64,000 nt of DNA, taken from the NCBI GenBank assembly GCA_963555995.3, contig OY821641.1:608001-672000 (forward strand). Reading direction: 5' to 3'. The stretch comes from Vicinamibacteria bacterium (GTDB taxonomy: Bacteria; Acidobacteriota; Vicinamibacteria; Marinacidobacterales; Marinacidobacteraceae). This document shows, piece after piece, positions 1 through 9,814 of this stretch. A program made the position numbers and the translations under genes. The notes under the pieces are model-generated. The model saw nothing but the letters and a program-made list of their open reading frames with translations, was not told the origin of the DNA and made no database searches. Each line of letters starts with the position of its first letter. The stretch's first letter is position 1.

Positions 1-699
1 GTCTCCTATGCCTACACCGGCTGGAACGCCGCGGTTTACATCGTCGGGGACCTGAAACGTCCCGACCGGCTCGCCCGGGCGCTGGTGGCCGGCACGCTGC
101 TCGTCACCGTCCTCTACGTCCTGGTCAACTTCGTGATCCTGCGGGCCGTCCCGCTGGAGGATCTCGCCGGCAGGATCGAGATCGGGTACCTGGCGGCGGA
201 GCGCATCCTCGGCGCCGCCGGGGGCCGGGTGATGGCCGCGGTGCTCGGCCTGGTCCTGGCCTCCACGGTGAGCGCGATGGTCTTCCTCGGCCCGCGGGTG
301 GTCCGGGCGATGGGAGAGGACGAGCCCTTCCTCCGGTCCCTGGGACGCGCGACGCCGGGAGGGGTTCCGCACCGCGCGCTGCTCCTGCAGCTCGGCATCA
401 CGCTCGTGCTGCTCTATTCAGGGACGTTCGAGCAAATCCTGCTCTACGCCGGGTTCACCCTGAACCTGATGACGGCCGCCGCGGTTGCCGGCGTCTTCCG
501 GCTGCGCGCTGGAAAGATCCCGGGCGCGATCCCCGGACGGTTCCGGACCCCGCTCTACCCGGCCGTCCCGCTCTTCTTCCTGGGGATGAGCGCGTGGACG
601 CTGGGCTACACGCTGCTGGAGCGGCCCGGGGAGTCACTGCTGGGGCTCGCCACCGCGAGCGCCGGGGCCGTCCTCTACCTGGTGGCGAAGCGGCGCTAG
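1..699 (+). CDS. APC-family amino acid permease (5' end lies outside the window)
   Basis: Frame is open from base 1 (VSYAYTGWN motif). Multiple hydrophobic helices and an FRTPLYP C-terminal motif typical of APC permeases. Confidence 0.85.
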   Translation, partial: VSYAYTGWNAAVYIVGDLKRPDRLARALVAGTLLVTVLYVLVNFVILRAVPLEDLAGRIEIGYLAAERILGAAGGRVMAAVLGLVLASTVSAMVFLGPRVVRAMGEDEPFLRSLGRATPGGVPHRALLLQLGITLVLLYSGTFEQILLYAGFTLNLMTAAAVAGVFRLRAGKIPGAIPGRFRTPLYPAVPLFFLGMSAWTLGYTLLERPGESLLGLATASAGAVLYLVAKRR

Positions 700-747
700 C
701 GAGCGTGGGAGCGCCTGCCGGAGGCCGGCGCTCCCGGGGTTTTCTTC

Positions 748-1473
748 CTACAACCGCCGGCGCGGGTTGATCATCGTCCGCCACATGTGGGCGGAGGGGC
801 TGTTGTCGTACCCCAGCCCTTCCTTCGGCTGCTTGAAGTGCCGGCCGATGATGTCCACGAAGGGATCAATCGAGACCTCGACGCCCCGCTCGAAGCTGTA
901 GTCGTCGTGCATGGTGATGGATCGCGCCTCCATGTACCACTTGTGGTTGCGGGCGTATTCGTAGGCAGCCTTGATGTAGGGCTCCGGCTCGTGGTCGGCG
1001 CCGAACATCCGCACGTACATCTCGGGGTACTCGTAGCCCACCGACGCGTCGGGGAAGAAGCGCAGCGCCTGGTGGTAGCGGATGGCCCAGGAGACCTTCT
1101 CGGGCACGTACGGCTCGAGCAGTTGGGCGCCCCACCAGCCGTGGTCCGCCCGCACCAGGTTCATCACCGAGAGGTCGTGCAGCAGACAGGCGAGGATGAT
1201 CTCCTCGCTCATGCCGTGCTTCATCGCCCGCGTGGCGCTCTGCAGCACGTGGGAGGCCGGCGCGAACCGGTGCTCGAAGAAATCCACGAGCGTCGGCTTC
1301 GCCGGCATGATCGAGAGAGGTTCCTCGTCTTCCGACTTCGCGAGCGGCGGACGCTCCGGAGCTTCGAGCAGGTGCATCATCTCGTGCTCGAGCGCTTCGG
1401 CGCGGTCGTTCACGCCCACGATGCCGGCGCCGCTCACCGTAGCGGCGGCCTTCAGAAAGAGTCTGCGATCCAT
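748..1473 (-). CDS. HD-domain metalloprotein with twin-arginine signal
   Basis: MDRRLFLK Tat motif at ATG 1473. HVLQSAT...ACLLHD...HG...YHQ...HDDY pattern of HD-domain proteins. Confidence 0.75.
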   Translation of the reverse strand: MDRRLFLKAAATVSGAGIVGVNDRAEALEHEMMHLLEAPERPPLAKSEDEEPLSIMPAKPTLVDFFEHRFAPASHVLQSATRAMKHGMSEEIILACLLHDLSVMNLVRADHGWWGAQLLEPYVPEKVSWAIRYHQALRFFPDASVGYEYPEMYVRMFGADHEPEPYIKAAYEYARNHKWYMEARSITMHDDYSFERGVEVSIDPFVDIIGRHFKQPKEGLGYDNSPSAHMWRTMINPRRRL

Positions 1474-1490
1474 GTCGTTCGCCTCCGTTG

Positions 1491-1766
1491 TCAGGCTGCG
1501 CGTTCCCCGCTGGCGGGAGTCGTGGGGGTCGGCGGCTCCAGGAACCACGGCGGCCCGGCGAGTTGGCCCTCGATGCGCGCCAGGCGTTCCCCGAGGACGC
1601 GTACTTCGCCGCGAAGACCGCTGATTTCGCCGCGAAGACCGCTGATTCTGCCGCGAATCTCGCTGCGAAGCCCGCTGATCTCGCTGCAGATGGCGCGTTC
1701 CCCGTTCAGGATGATCGCGGCCAGCGCGACCCCGACTCCGATGACGGAGAGGATGGTGCCATCCAT
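1491..1766 (-). CDS. Small membrane-anchored coiled-coil protein (91 aa)
   Basis: MDGTILSVIGVGVALAAIIL hydrophobic N-terminus, then ISGLRGE/ISGLRSE heptads and LARIEG. TATACT lies 6 nt upstream of the ATG. Confidence 0.65.
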   Translation of the reverse strand: MDGTILSVIGVGVALAAIILNGERAICSEISGLRSEIRGRISGLRGEISGLRGEVRVLGERLARIEGQLAGPPWFLEPPTPTTPASGERAA

Positions 1767-1823
1767 CTGGCTAGTATAGGAAAAACTCCGGACGCACGTC
1801 CGATTCCCTCGTCGTCCTGCCGC

Positions 1824-2999
1824 CTGATCCCCGATCCCCTCTCCCGCCGCCAGATCCTCGGCGCCGCCACCAAGCTCGTTTCCGGTCTCGCCGCCGGCGG
1901 CGCCGCGGCCTGCGCCGGGCGGCCGGTTCCCGCCCCCCGGACCACGCCCGACCCGCTGCCGCGCCCGGCTTTCTGCCTCCCGGCGGTCAACGTTTCCCGC
2001 GACCGGATCATCCGCACCGTCGTCGGGCTCCGGCCGTACCGCCCCTCGGGCTTTCGGGTGGAGAGCGAGGACCTCGGCGGGGGCCGGATCCTGGTCCACA
2101 ACTACGGCCATGGCGGCGCCGGGGTGACCCTCTCCTGGGGCAGCGCCTGGCTCGCCGTCGAGGAATTGATCGGCGACGCTCCGCCTCCAGCGAGGGTGGC
2201 GGTGGTCGGCTGCGGGGCGGTCGGACTCGCGACTGCCCGCCTGCTCCAGCGGCGCGGCGTGGAGGTGACCATCTACACGAAGGACCTCCCGCCGGACACC
2301 ACCTCGCACGTGGCTTGCGCCCAGTGGGGCCCCTACTCGGTGTCCGATGCCCGCGTGCACACCGCGGCGTTCCAGAACCGGATGGAGCGCGCCGCCCGGA
2401 TCTCCCACCGCATCTTCCAGGAGATGGTGGGCGTCCGCTACGGCGTCCACTGGCTCCCCAACTACCCCCTGAGCGACGTTCCCTTCGGAGGTCCGGGCCA
2501 GCCCGGCCGGCTCGCCGACCTCTTTCCCGGGACCCGCGATCTCGAACCCGGGACGCATCCGTTCCCGGTCCGCCACGCCCGCGAATACATGACGATGATG
2601 ATCGAGCCGCCGGTGTACCTGGGCGCGGTCATCGAGGACTTCCAGCTCGCCGGCGGCCGGATCCGCATCCGCGACTTCGGCTCCCTCGACGAGATCGCCG
2701 GCCTGGCGGAACGCCGCGTGGTGAACTGCACCGGCATCGGCGCGCGGGACCTGGTCGGCGACGAGGAACTCGTCCCCCTCAAGGGCCAGCTCACCGTCCT
2801 GCTGCCGCAGCCCGAGATCCGCTACATCGCCCTCTACCAGGGGCTCTACATGATGCCTCGCGCCGACGGCATCCTGCTGGGCGGGACCCGGGAGCGGGGC
2901 GAGTGGTCGCTCGAGCCGAACCGGGAGGCCGAGGAGCGCATCCTGGCCGGCCACGCCGACTTCTTCGGCCGGATGGCGATCCTTCCGCGGCGGACCTGA
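1824..2999 (+). CDS. FAD-dependent oxidoreductase, D-amino-acid oxidase-like, with Tat/lipoprotein-like leader (start uncertain)
   Basis: GLRPYR, HNYGHGGAGVTLSWG, VVGCGAVG and VNCTGIGA motifs. SRRQILG...AAAC leader. No in-frame ATG/GTG/TTG just upstream, so CTG 1824 was used. Confidence 0.75.
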   Translation: MIPDPLSRRQILGAATKLVSGLAAGGAAACAGRPVPAPRTTPDPLPRPAFCLPAVNVSRDRIIRTVVGLRPYRPSGFRVESEDLGGGRILVHNYGHGGAGVTLSWGSAWLAVEELIGDAPPPARVAVVGCGAVGLATARLLQRRGVEVTIYTKDLPPDTTSHVACAQWGPYSVSDARVHTAAFQNRMERAARISHRIFQEMVGVRYGVHWLPNYPLSDVPFGGPGQPGRLADLFPGTRDLEPGTHPFPVRHAREYMTMMIEPPVYLGAVIEDFQLAGGRIRIRDFGSLDEIAGLAERRVVNCTGIGARDLVGDEELVPLKGQLTVLLPQPEIRYIALYQGLYMMPRADGILLGGTRERGEWSLEPNREAEERILAGHADFFGRMAILPRRT

Positions 3000-3078
3000 G
3001 GCTGCTGGCGGTCGCTTTGCGCGGCCCTTGGTGACGTTCGGGCGACATCCGTCACGGAGGCGCTGCGCCGCGGGTAAT

Positions 3079-4465
3079 GAGCTATGTCCGAAAGTGGGTG
3101 ACGGCATGATCAGGCGGCGGCGCGGGTTTCGGTTTCGTCGGCCTGGATGCCGTCGGTGAACTGGACGCCCTCGATGACCTGGGTCAGTTTGTCGTAGCCG
3201 TTGAGCCGACGCCAGGTTTCGCTGGCGGCGGTGACCAGCTTGAAGACCATCGCCAGCGCGGTTCGGTGGGAGAGGCATCCCTTGCTGCGAACGGTGCGAT
3301 GGCGGACGGTGGCGAACACGCTCTCGATGGGGTTGGTGGTGCGGATGTGCTGCCAGTGCTCGGCGGGGAAGTCGTAGAACGCGAGCAGCGCCTCCTGGTC
3401 CTTGGTCAGGCAACGAACGGCTTCCCCGTATTTCGCCTGGTATTTGGCGGCGAAGGTGTCGAGCGCCTTCTCCGCCTTCTTGCGGCTCTCCGCCATCCAG
3501 ATCTGGTGGAGGTCCTGCTTCGCGTTGCGTTGCCGGGACTTGGGCAACTTGTTCAGCACGTTCGCCGTCTTGTGGACCCAGCAGCGCTGCCGGCGGGTCT
3601 TGGGGAAGACCTCGTCCAGCGCCTTCCAGAAGCCCAGCGCACCATCCCCGATCGCCAGCTCCGGGGAGACTTCGAGGCCGCGCCCACGCAGGTCCACCAG
3701 TAGCTCCCGCCAACTCTGGGCGCTCTCCCGGAACCCGGCCTGGAACCCCAACAGTTCCTTCTTGCCCTCCGGGGTGGCGCCGATGAGCACCAGAACGCAC
3801 TGCTTCTCGTCTTCCAGCCGGCCCTGCAGGTAGATCCCGTCCGCCCAGACGTAGACATACCGCCGACCCGAGAGATCCCGCCCCCGCCAGCGCTCGTGCT
3901 CCGCCTCCCATGCCGACTTCAGCCGGCCGATCACCCCCGGCGACAGCCCCGATGCCCCCGAGCCCAACAGCTCCGACAGCGCCTCCCCGAAGTCCCCGCT
4001 CGAAACCCCCAGCAGATACAGCGTCGGCAGCGCCGCGTCCAGCGAGCGCGTCCGCCGCGCGAACCGCGGCAGAAGCCTCGACGAGAACCGAATCCGGTCC
4101 TCCCCGCTGTCCCCGCGATCCCGGACCTTCGGCCGCCGCACCGGAACCGGCCCGATCCCCGTCAGGATCGTCCGCTCCGGGCCGTGGCCGTGACGCACCA
4201 GACGCCGAACTCCGGTTGCCGTCCGATGATCCTCGTACGCCGCCAGCAGGGCAGCCACCTCCGCCTCCACGGCGTGCCGCACCAACTCGCGGGCGCCCGC
4301 TCGAAGAACCTCCGTCAGCGGGTCCTCAACCCCCTCTGGCGAGGGAAGGCGAACAACAGTACTCTCCTTCATGGCGTATCACTCCTCCTTGGAGATGTGG
4401 AAGGTCAGCAACCCCCACGATACGCCACCCCCTTCTCAGCCGTCACCCACTTTCGGACATAGCTC
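3079..4465 (-). mobile_element. IS256-family insertion sequence, 1387 bp
   Basis: Perfect 27-bp TIRs gagctatgtccgaaagtgggtgacggc (3079-3105 and 4439-4465). 9-bp direct repeat gcgggtaat at 3070-3078 and 4466-4474. Confidence 0.95.
3110..4372 (-). CDS. IS256-family transposase
   Basis: YVWADGIY, IGDGALGFW, QRCWVHK and RTTNPIES mutator/IS256 motifs; intact 420 aa. Confidence 0.95.
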   Translation of the reverse strand: MKESTVVRLPSPEGVEDPLTEVLRAGARELVRHAVEAEVAALLAAYEDHRTATGVRRLVRHGHGPERTILTGIGPVPVRRPKVRDRGDSGEDRIRFSSRLLPRFARRTRSLDAALPTLYLLGVSSGDFGEALSELLGSGASGLSPGVIGRLKSAWEAEHERWRGRDLSGRRYVYVWADGIYLQGRLEDEKQCVLVLIGATPEGKKELLGFQAGFRESAQSWRELLVDLRGRGLEVSPELAIGDGALGFWKALDEVFPKTRRQRCWVHKTANVLNKLPKSRQRNAKQDLHQIWMAESRKKAEKALDTFAAKYQAKYGEAVRCLTKDQEALLAFYDFPAEHWQHIRTTNPIESVFATVRHRTVRSKGCLSHRTALAMVFKLVTAASETWRRLNGYDKLTQVIEGVQFTDGIQADETETRAAA

Positions 4466-4777
4466 GCGGGTAATCTGACGGTTCGGATTCGCTTCGATTC
4501 GTTGAATTGGCCGCCCGCCCGGCGGTGTTCCGGCGACTCGCCGACTACGAGCACAAGCGTCCATGATTCAACGACTTATCGAGTCCACGCGGTGAATTGG
4601 ACGGGACGGTCCGTCTCTTGCCTTGGCTGATGGTGGAGAAACCTGGCCGGATCGCCTAAAGTTCCGGCTTCTATTCCCGATGGACCAATGTGTCAGGTCT
4701 TCGCAAACAACGTGCTTTGGACCGCCCGCCGCGTCGGGCGTCAGGCTCATGAACTCATACGAACTCAGGAGGGACTC

Positions 4778-7700
4778 ATGAGATCGCTTTTGTTTAGGAC
4801 CGCCGCAGTGCTCGGCGTCCTGGGACTCGCGTCGGGCGTCTTCGCCCAGACGTTCCAGGGCGGCGTTCGCGGCATCATTCAGGATGCCGACGGCGGGGTC
4901 CTGCCCGGTGTCAGCGTGACGCTCGAGAACGACGATACGGGTGTCTCCCGGACCGCGGTTTCGAACGCGGTCGGGGAGTACAACTTCGCGAGCGTCCAGC
5001 CGGGCACCTACACGCTCCGCGCCGAACTGAGCGGGTTCGCTCCGTTCGTGAGCGAGGGGCTCGTCGTGGGTGTCTCCTCGTTCCTCGTGGTGGACGCCAC
5101 CCTGGCCATTGGCGGCATCGAGGAGACGGTCACCGTCATCGGCGAGACGCCGCTGATCGAGACCGCGACCGCCTCGGTGTCTTCCGCGGTGAGCCGCTCC
5201 GAACTCGAGGTGCTTCCCACCCCGGGCCGGAACGTGTTCATCCTCGGCGTCGGAACGCCGAACGTGGTCCACACCGGGAACCCGGTCTGGGTGAAGCAGT
5301 CCGACCAGACGAACTCGTCCCTGCTCTCGCTGGGCGGCGGCCCGCTCCGCGGCAACAACTACACCGTGGACGGCGTCTCGACGACCGATCTCCGGAACCG
5401 CACCGTCATCATCCCGGTGTTCGAGGCGGTCCAGGAGCTGAAGGTCCAGGTGAACACCTACGACGCCGAGATGGGCCGCACCGGCGGCGGCGTGTTCAAC
5501 GTGATCCACCGCACCGGCACGAACAACTGGGCGGGCAGCGCGCTCTACCAGCGGCGTCCGGGGAAGGTGAACACGTTCTGGCGCGCCCTCTCCTACACCG
5601 ACCAGTTGGCGTACGACGCCGACAACTCGAGGACCTTCGCCGACCGTCCCTTCTGGCTCTGGGGAGGCTCCTTCGGCGGCCCGATCCTCCAGGACCGGAC
5701 CTTCTTCTGGTGGTCCGCGGAAGGGAACAACGACGTGCTCGCGGAGAACACGGAGGTCATCCTCCCCACCTCGGCCGAGGCCGCGGGTGATTTCTCGGCC
5801 AGCGACACGACGATCTACAACCCCTTCGACCTCGACGCGAACGGCAACCGGAAGCCGTTCCCCGGGAATGTCATCCCGGCGGACATGATTGATCCGGCCG
5901 GCCGCGGGCTCGCGCAGTTGCTGACGACCCTGGGACCGGGCGGCGGCGTCAGTTCGTCCGGCGCCCAGACGACGACCGCCCTCCAGTCCACCGCGAACGT
6001 GAGCCACACCTTCTCGGACGCGTGGCAGTCGTCGCTGACCTATCTCTACTACACCTCGAAGGAAGGCGCCTTCCAGCAGTACACGAACCTGCTGGGCGCG
6101 GACAGCGCCCCGGCTTTCGGCATCGGCGCGGCGGACCTGCTGCGCGACGTGCACGCCGTCGCCTTCAACAACACCTTCATCACCGGCGATGCCTCGGTGC
6201 TGACGTTGCGCTACGGACAGACGTACTTCAACGACTCGGTCATCAATCCGGAGTACGGGATTGACCAGATCCGCAGTGAACTCGGAGTCCAGGGCGGCTT
6301 CCTCGACCAGATCTTCGCCCAGGACGGCTATGTCGGCCAGTTCCCCTCGATCAGCGTCGCCAACTTCGGCGACGGCGGCTCGACCCACGGCTCCTGGTCC
6401 AACACGGATGTGCAGTGGACCTCGCGCGAGGTCAGCGGCACCTATTCGATGTTCCTTGGCAACCACACGCTGAAGTACGGCGCGCAGTGGCGCCGGATGG
6501 GCCTGCACGCCGCCGGGTTCGGCAACGGCTTCTCGATGAGCTTCGCGCAGAAGTTCACCCAGGGGCCGAACCCGACTGCTCCGGACAGCGGCTCCGGGAG
6601 CGCCCTCGCCGACCTGCTGCTCGGGATTCCGAACGGCGGCAGCGCGACGATCGCCCAAGCCGCCGACGTCTTCATTGACTACTACGGCGGTTTCATCCAG
6701 GACGACTGGCGGCCCAGCCAGAACCTGGTCCTGAACCTCGGCCTCCGGGTGGAGCACGAGACGGGCCTCATGGAGGACGACAACGGCTTCGCGGTCGGCT
6801 GGGACCGGACGAACCCCTTCCCGATGCAGGTCAGTCTCGACCCGAGCCTTGAAGGCAGTCTCCCCGGTTTCCCGCTGCGCGGTGGCCTCATGTATGCCGG
6901 CCTCGACGGCAACCCGACCCACCAGTGGGATCCTCCCGGCATCAAGTTGGGGCCCCGGCTCGGCTTCGCCTATACGCTGAACCCCGAGACCGTGGTCCGC
7001 GGCGGGTACGCGGTGTTCTGGGCGCCCTACGCCATTCCGAGCGGGACCGGCGCCTCGCACACCGGCACCTTCGGGTACACGGCGGTCACCAACTTCGATT
7101 CCAGCGTGGACGGCATCACCCCACCGAGCGCGACGGCTTCCAACCCGTTCCCGAACGGACTGCTGAACCCCGTCGGCAACGGGAACGGCCGCCTGCAGAA
7201 CATTGGCGGTGACGTTTACTTCAACGAGCAGTTCCGGGCCTCGCCCTACATCAACAAGTGGTCGCTGGACATCCAGCGCGACATCGGGAACGACCTCGCG
7301 CTGAAGATCGGCTACGTCGGCAGCCAGGGCGCCGACATCCCGATCGGCGGCACGAACAACTCGGTCATCAACATCAACCAGCTCGCCGACCAGTACCTTT
7401 CGCTTGGCGACCGGCTGAACGACCAGTATCCCAACCCGTTCTACGGCGATTCGCGCTTTGGCGCCCGCGCCAGCGACGAGACCCTGCCGCTCGGCCAGCT
7501 TCTGCGTCCGTTTCCACACTTCCGGAACGTCTTCGCCCGCCACGTGAGTTCGGGCAAGTCGCTCTACAACGCCCTCCGGGTCGAGTTCGAGAAGCGCTTC
7601 CGGGGGAACTGGGGCGCCCGGATCAACTACACCTTCACGAAGCACGACGACAACATCTACGAGAACAACCAGTTGCTCGAGAACGAGACCGGCACCATCT

Positions 7701-8290
7701 ACAACACGCCCGACGAGTGCGCCTTCGCCAAGTGCGGACCGCTGTCGGACGCCGACTACGGCCCGTCGCGGGTCCATGTGCCGCACCAGTTCAACATCAA
7801 CGGCACCTTCCGGACTCCCGGCGACAACCCGATCTTCAGCGGCTGGGCGCTTTCGGTGGTGACGATCATGCGGAGCGGCTTCCCGCTGGTGGTGACCCAG
7901 AACTCGAACCCGCTGAGCGCTTACGGTTTCGCGAACCAGCGGCCGACCAGCGCGAACCTGAGCGGCGGCGGGAACCCGCGGGGGAACCACACCACGTACC
8001 TGACGGCCGGCGACGCGCAGCTCACCCAGGGACTCACGCTGAGCAACTCCCCGAACACCACGGACTCGGTGCGCAGCCCGGTCCTGATCAACTGGGACGT
8101 CTCGCTCGAGAAGACCACGCGGATGTATGAGGACATGAACCTGACCCTCCGGTTCGAGTTCATTGACGCCTTCAACCACGTGAACTGGCGCGGACCCCGC
8201 ACCGTGCTCGGCGCCGGCACCTTCGGAAGCATCCCGGGCACCCGCGGCTACCCGAGGACCTTCCAGTTCATGGCCAAGGTCACCTTCTAG
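4778..8290 (+). CDS. TonB-dependent receptor with N-terminal carboxypeptidase-regulatory-like domain (Oar-like)
   Basis: AGGAGGG RBS before ATG 4778; signal peptide; GVLPGVSVT, EAVQELKV..YDAEMG, FIQDDW, LNLGLR motifs; C-terminal F. Confidence 0.9.
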   Translation: MRSLLFRTAAVLGVLGLASGVFAQTFQGGVRGIIQDADGGVLPGVSVTLENDDTGVSRTAVSNAVGEYNFASVQPGTYTLRAELSGFAPFVSEGLVVGVSSFLVVDATLAIGGIEETVTVIGETPLIETATASVSSAVSRSELEVLPTPGRNVFILGVGTPNVVHTGNPVWVKQSDQTNSSLLSLGGGPLRGNNYTVDGVSTTDLRNRTVIIPVFEAVQELKVQVNTYDAEMGRTGGGVFNVIHRTGTNNWAGSALYQRRPGKVNTFWRALSYTDQLAYDADNSRTFADRPFWLWGGSFGGPILQDRTFFWWSAEGNNDVLAENTEVILPTSAEAAGDFSASDTTIYNPFDLDANGNRKPFPGNVIPADMIDPAGRGLAQLLTTLGPGGGVSSSGAQTTTALQSTANVSHTFSDAWQSSLTYLYYTSKEGAFQQYTNLLGADSAPAFGIGAADLLRDVHAVAFNNTFITGDASVLTLRYGQTYFNDSVINPEYGIDQIRSELGVQGGFLDQIFAQDGYVGQFPSISVANFGDGGSTHGSWSNTDVQWTSREVSGTYSMFLGNHTLKYGAQWRRMGLHAAGFGNGFSMSFAQKFTQGPNPTAPDSGSGSALADLLLGIPNGGSATIAQAADVFIDYYGGFIQDDWRPSQNLVLNLGLRVEHETGLMEDDNGFAVGWDRTNPFPMQVSLDPSLEGSLPGFPLRGGLMYAGLDGNPTHQWDPPGIKLGPRLGFAYTLNPETVVRGGYAVFWAPYAIPSGTGASHTGTFGYTAVTNFDSSVDGITPPSATASNPFPNGLLNPVGNGNGRLQNIGGDVYFNEQFRASPYINKWSLDIQRDIGNDLALKIGYVGSQGADIPIGGTNNSVININQLADQYLSLGDRLNDQYPNPFYGDSRFGARASDETLPLGQLLRPFPHFRNVFARHVSSGKSLYNALRVEFEKRFRGNWGARINYTFTKHDDNIYENNQLLENETGTIYNTPDECAFAKCGPLSDADYGPSRVHVPHQFNINGTFRTPGDNPIFSGWALSVVTIMRSGFPLVVTQNSNPLSAYGFANQRPTSANLSGGGNPRGNHTTYLTAGDAQLTQGLTLSNSPNTTDSVRSPVLINWDVSLEKTTRMYEDMNLTLRFEFIDAFNHVNWRGPRTVLGAGTFGSIPGTRGYPRTFQFMAKVTF

Positions 8291-8313
8291 GCGACCCCAC
8301 CCACGAACACATT

Positions 8314-8350
8314 GGGGGGCGGGCCTTCGGGCCCGCCCCCCTTTTTTGTT
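8314..8350 (+). terminator. Rho-independent terminator
   Basis: ggggggcgggcc-ttcg-ggcccgcccccc followed by TTTTTT. Confidence 0.9.
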
Positions 8351-8375
8351 GGAACGCCGGTCTCCAGACCGGCAC
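8349..8375 (+). repeat. REP-like palindrome (ggaacgccggtctccagaccggcac type)
   Basis: The same motif recurs at ~22520, 22607, 40898, 43070 (reverse) and 63905. Confidence 0.8.
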
Positions 8376-8487
8376 GCGCGGTGCTCCGCACCGCGCCCGT
8401 CGTAACCCCATCCATCCCGACGGCGCGACACTGACAGGAACCCACGCCGCGCTCCCTCCTCCCAACCCACCGGAGTACGATCGGACC

Positions 8488-9801
8488 GTGATCCCGACGG
8501 CCCGGCGCTACGGCCTCCTGGGCGGCCTCGTCCTCGCGTTCGCCGCTGCCACCGTGTTCGGCCAGGCACCGGAACCTCCCGTAGCGGACGGCCGCAACAT
8601 GGAGCCCCAGGTCTCCCTGCTCCTCGACCGGCTCGTGGAGGAGTTGCGGACCCGGCCCGAAGACCCGGCCCGCTGGCTGGAGTACGGAGAGACGCTCCAT
8701 GCCCACGGGCTCGTCAGCGACGCGGCGGAGTGCTACCGGGCAGCGCTCGAACTTCTGCCCGCCGGGGACGTGACGCGCCTCACCGCGCGCTATCTGCTCG
8801 CCCACGCCTTGCGGGGGGCCGACCGCGCGGTCGCCGCGGAGGTGCTCGAAGCGGCGGTGGCGGAGCACCCCGGATACCCGCCAAGCCTCCTGTTCCTCGG
8901 TGAGCTACGGGAGGAACTCGGTGACCGGACCGCCGCCGAGGTCAGGTACCGGCAGGCGCTCGAACTCGATCCCGGATCGGCGCTCGCCCTCTTCCGGCTC
9001 GGCTCGATCGAGCTGGCGATGGGAGAGGCCCGCGAGGCGCTCGCCCTCCTCGAACGCGCCCTGGCGCTCGCGCCGGACGCGGGCGCGGTGCGCGCGGCGC
9101 TCGCGCGCGCCTGGAACGCGGCTGGGGACCGGGACCGCGGCCGCGCCGTGCTGGACGCCGGAGAGGCAAGGCCGGACGCCGGTCTCCCGCCGATCGAGGA
9201 CCCGGTCCACTTCCGGATGACCGAGCGGGACATCTCTTCCCCGCGCCTCCTGGAGCGCGCCCGCGCGGCGCGGGGCGCGGGTCGCCTGGAGGACGCCGAG
9301 ATCCTCTACCGGGACCTGGCCCGGATCCGCCCCCGCGACGCCGACGTGCTCGCCGAGCTCGGCGCGGTGCTGGATCAGCGGGGCCGGCCCGGAGAGGCGG
9401 AGCCTTGGTACCGCGATGCGGTGGCGCTCGATCCGGGGCAGGCGCTGGCCCGCTTCGGGCTCGGCGTGCTCCGGGCGCGCGAGGGGAACCTTCCCGCCGC
9501 CGAATACGAGTTCCGCGAGTCGCTCGAGTCCCGGCCCGACGAACCGCAGACCCACACCGCGCTCGGCGACGTGCTGCTCCGCCAGCACCGCTTCGGGCCC
9601 GCGCTCGCGGCCCTCGAGCGGGCCGCCCGGCTCGATCCCGAGGACGGCCCCTCCCGGGTGCTGGCCGCGGTCGCGCTCGCCGAGCTCGGCCGCTTCGAGG
9701 AAGCATGGCGCGCGGTCCACGAGGCGCGGGAACGCGGCGCGGAGGCGCCGGAGGGGTTCCTCACCGCGCTCCGTGAAAAGCACCCCGAACCGGGCCGCTG
9801 A
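8488..9801 (+). CDS. Tetratricopeptide repeat protein, exported
   Basis: Signal-like N-terminus; many A...Y..AL.LDP TPR units. Confidence 0.85.
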   Translation: MIPTARRYGLLGGLVLAFAAATVFGQAPEPPVADGRNMEPQVSLLLDRLVEELRTRPEDPARWLEYGETLHAHGLVSDAAECYRAALELLPAGDVTRLTARYLLAHALRGADRAVAAEVLEAAVAEHPGYPPSLLFLGELREELGDRTAAEVRYRQALELDPGSALALFRLGSIELAMGEAREALALLERALALAPDAGAVRAALARAWNAAGDRDRGRAVLDAGEARPDAGLPPIEDPVHFRMTERDISSPRLLERARAARGAGRLEDAEILYRDLARIRPRDADVLAELGAVLDQRGRPGEAEPWYRDAVALDPGQALARFGLGVLRAREGNLPAAEYEFRESLESRPDEPQTHTALGDVLLRQHRFGPALAALERAARLDPEDGPSRVLAAVALAELGRFEEAWRAVHEARERGAEAPEGFLTALREKHPEPGR

Positions 9802-9814
9802 CGGGGTTCTTCGG

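Noticed and set aside
4568-8569. 1333-aa minus-strand ORF
   Set aside because: Antisense shadow of the TonB-dependent receptor in high-GC DNA; no motifs.
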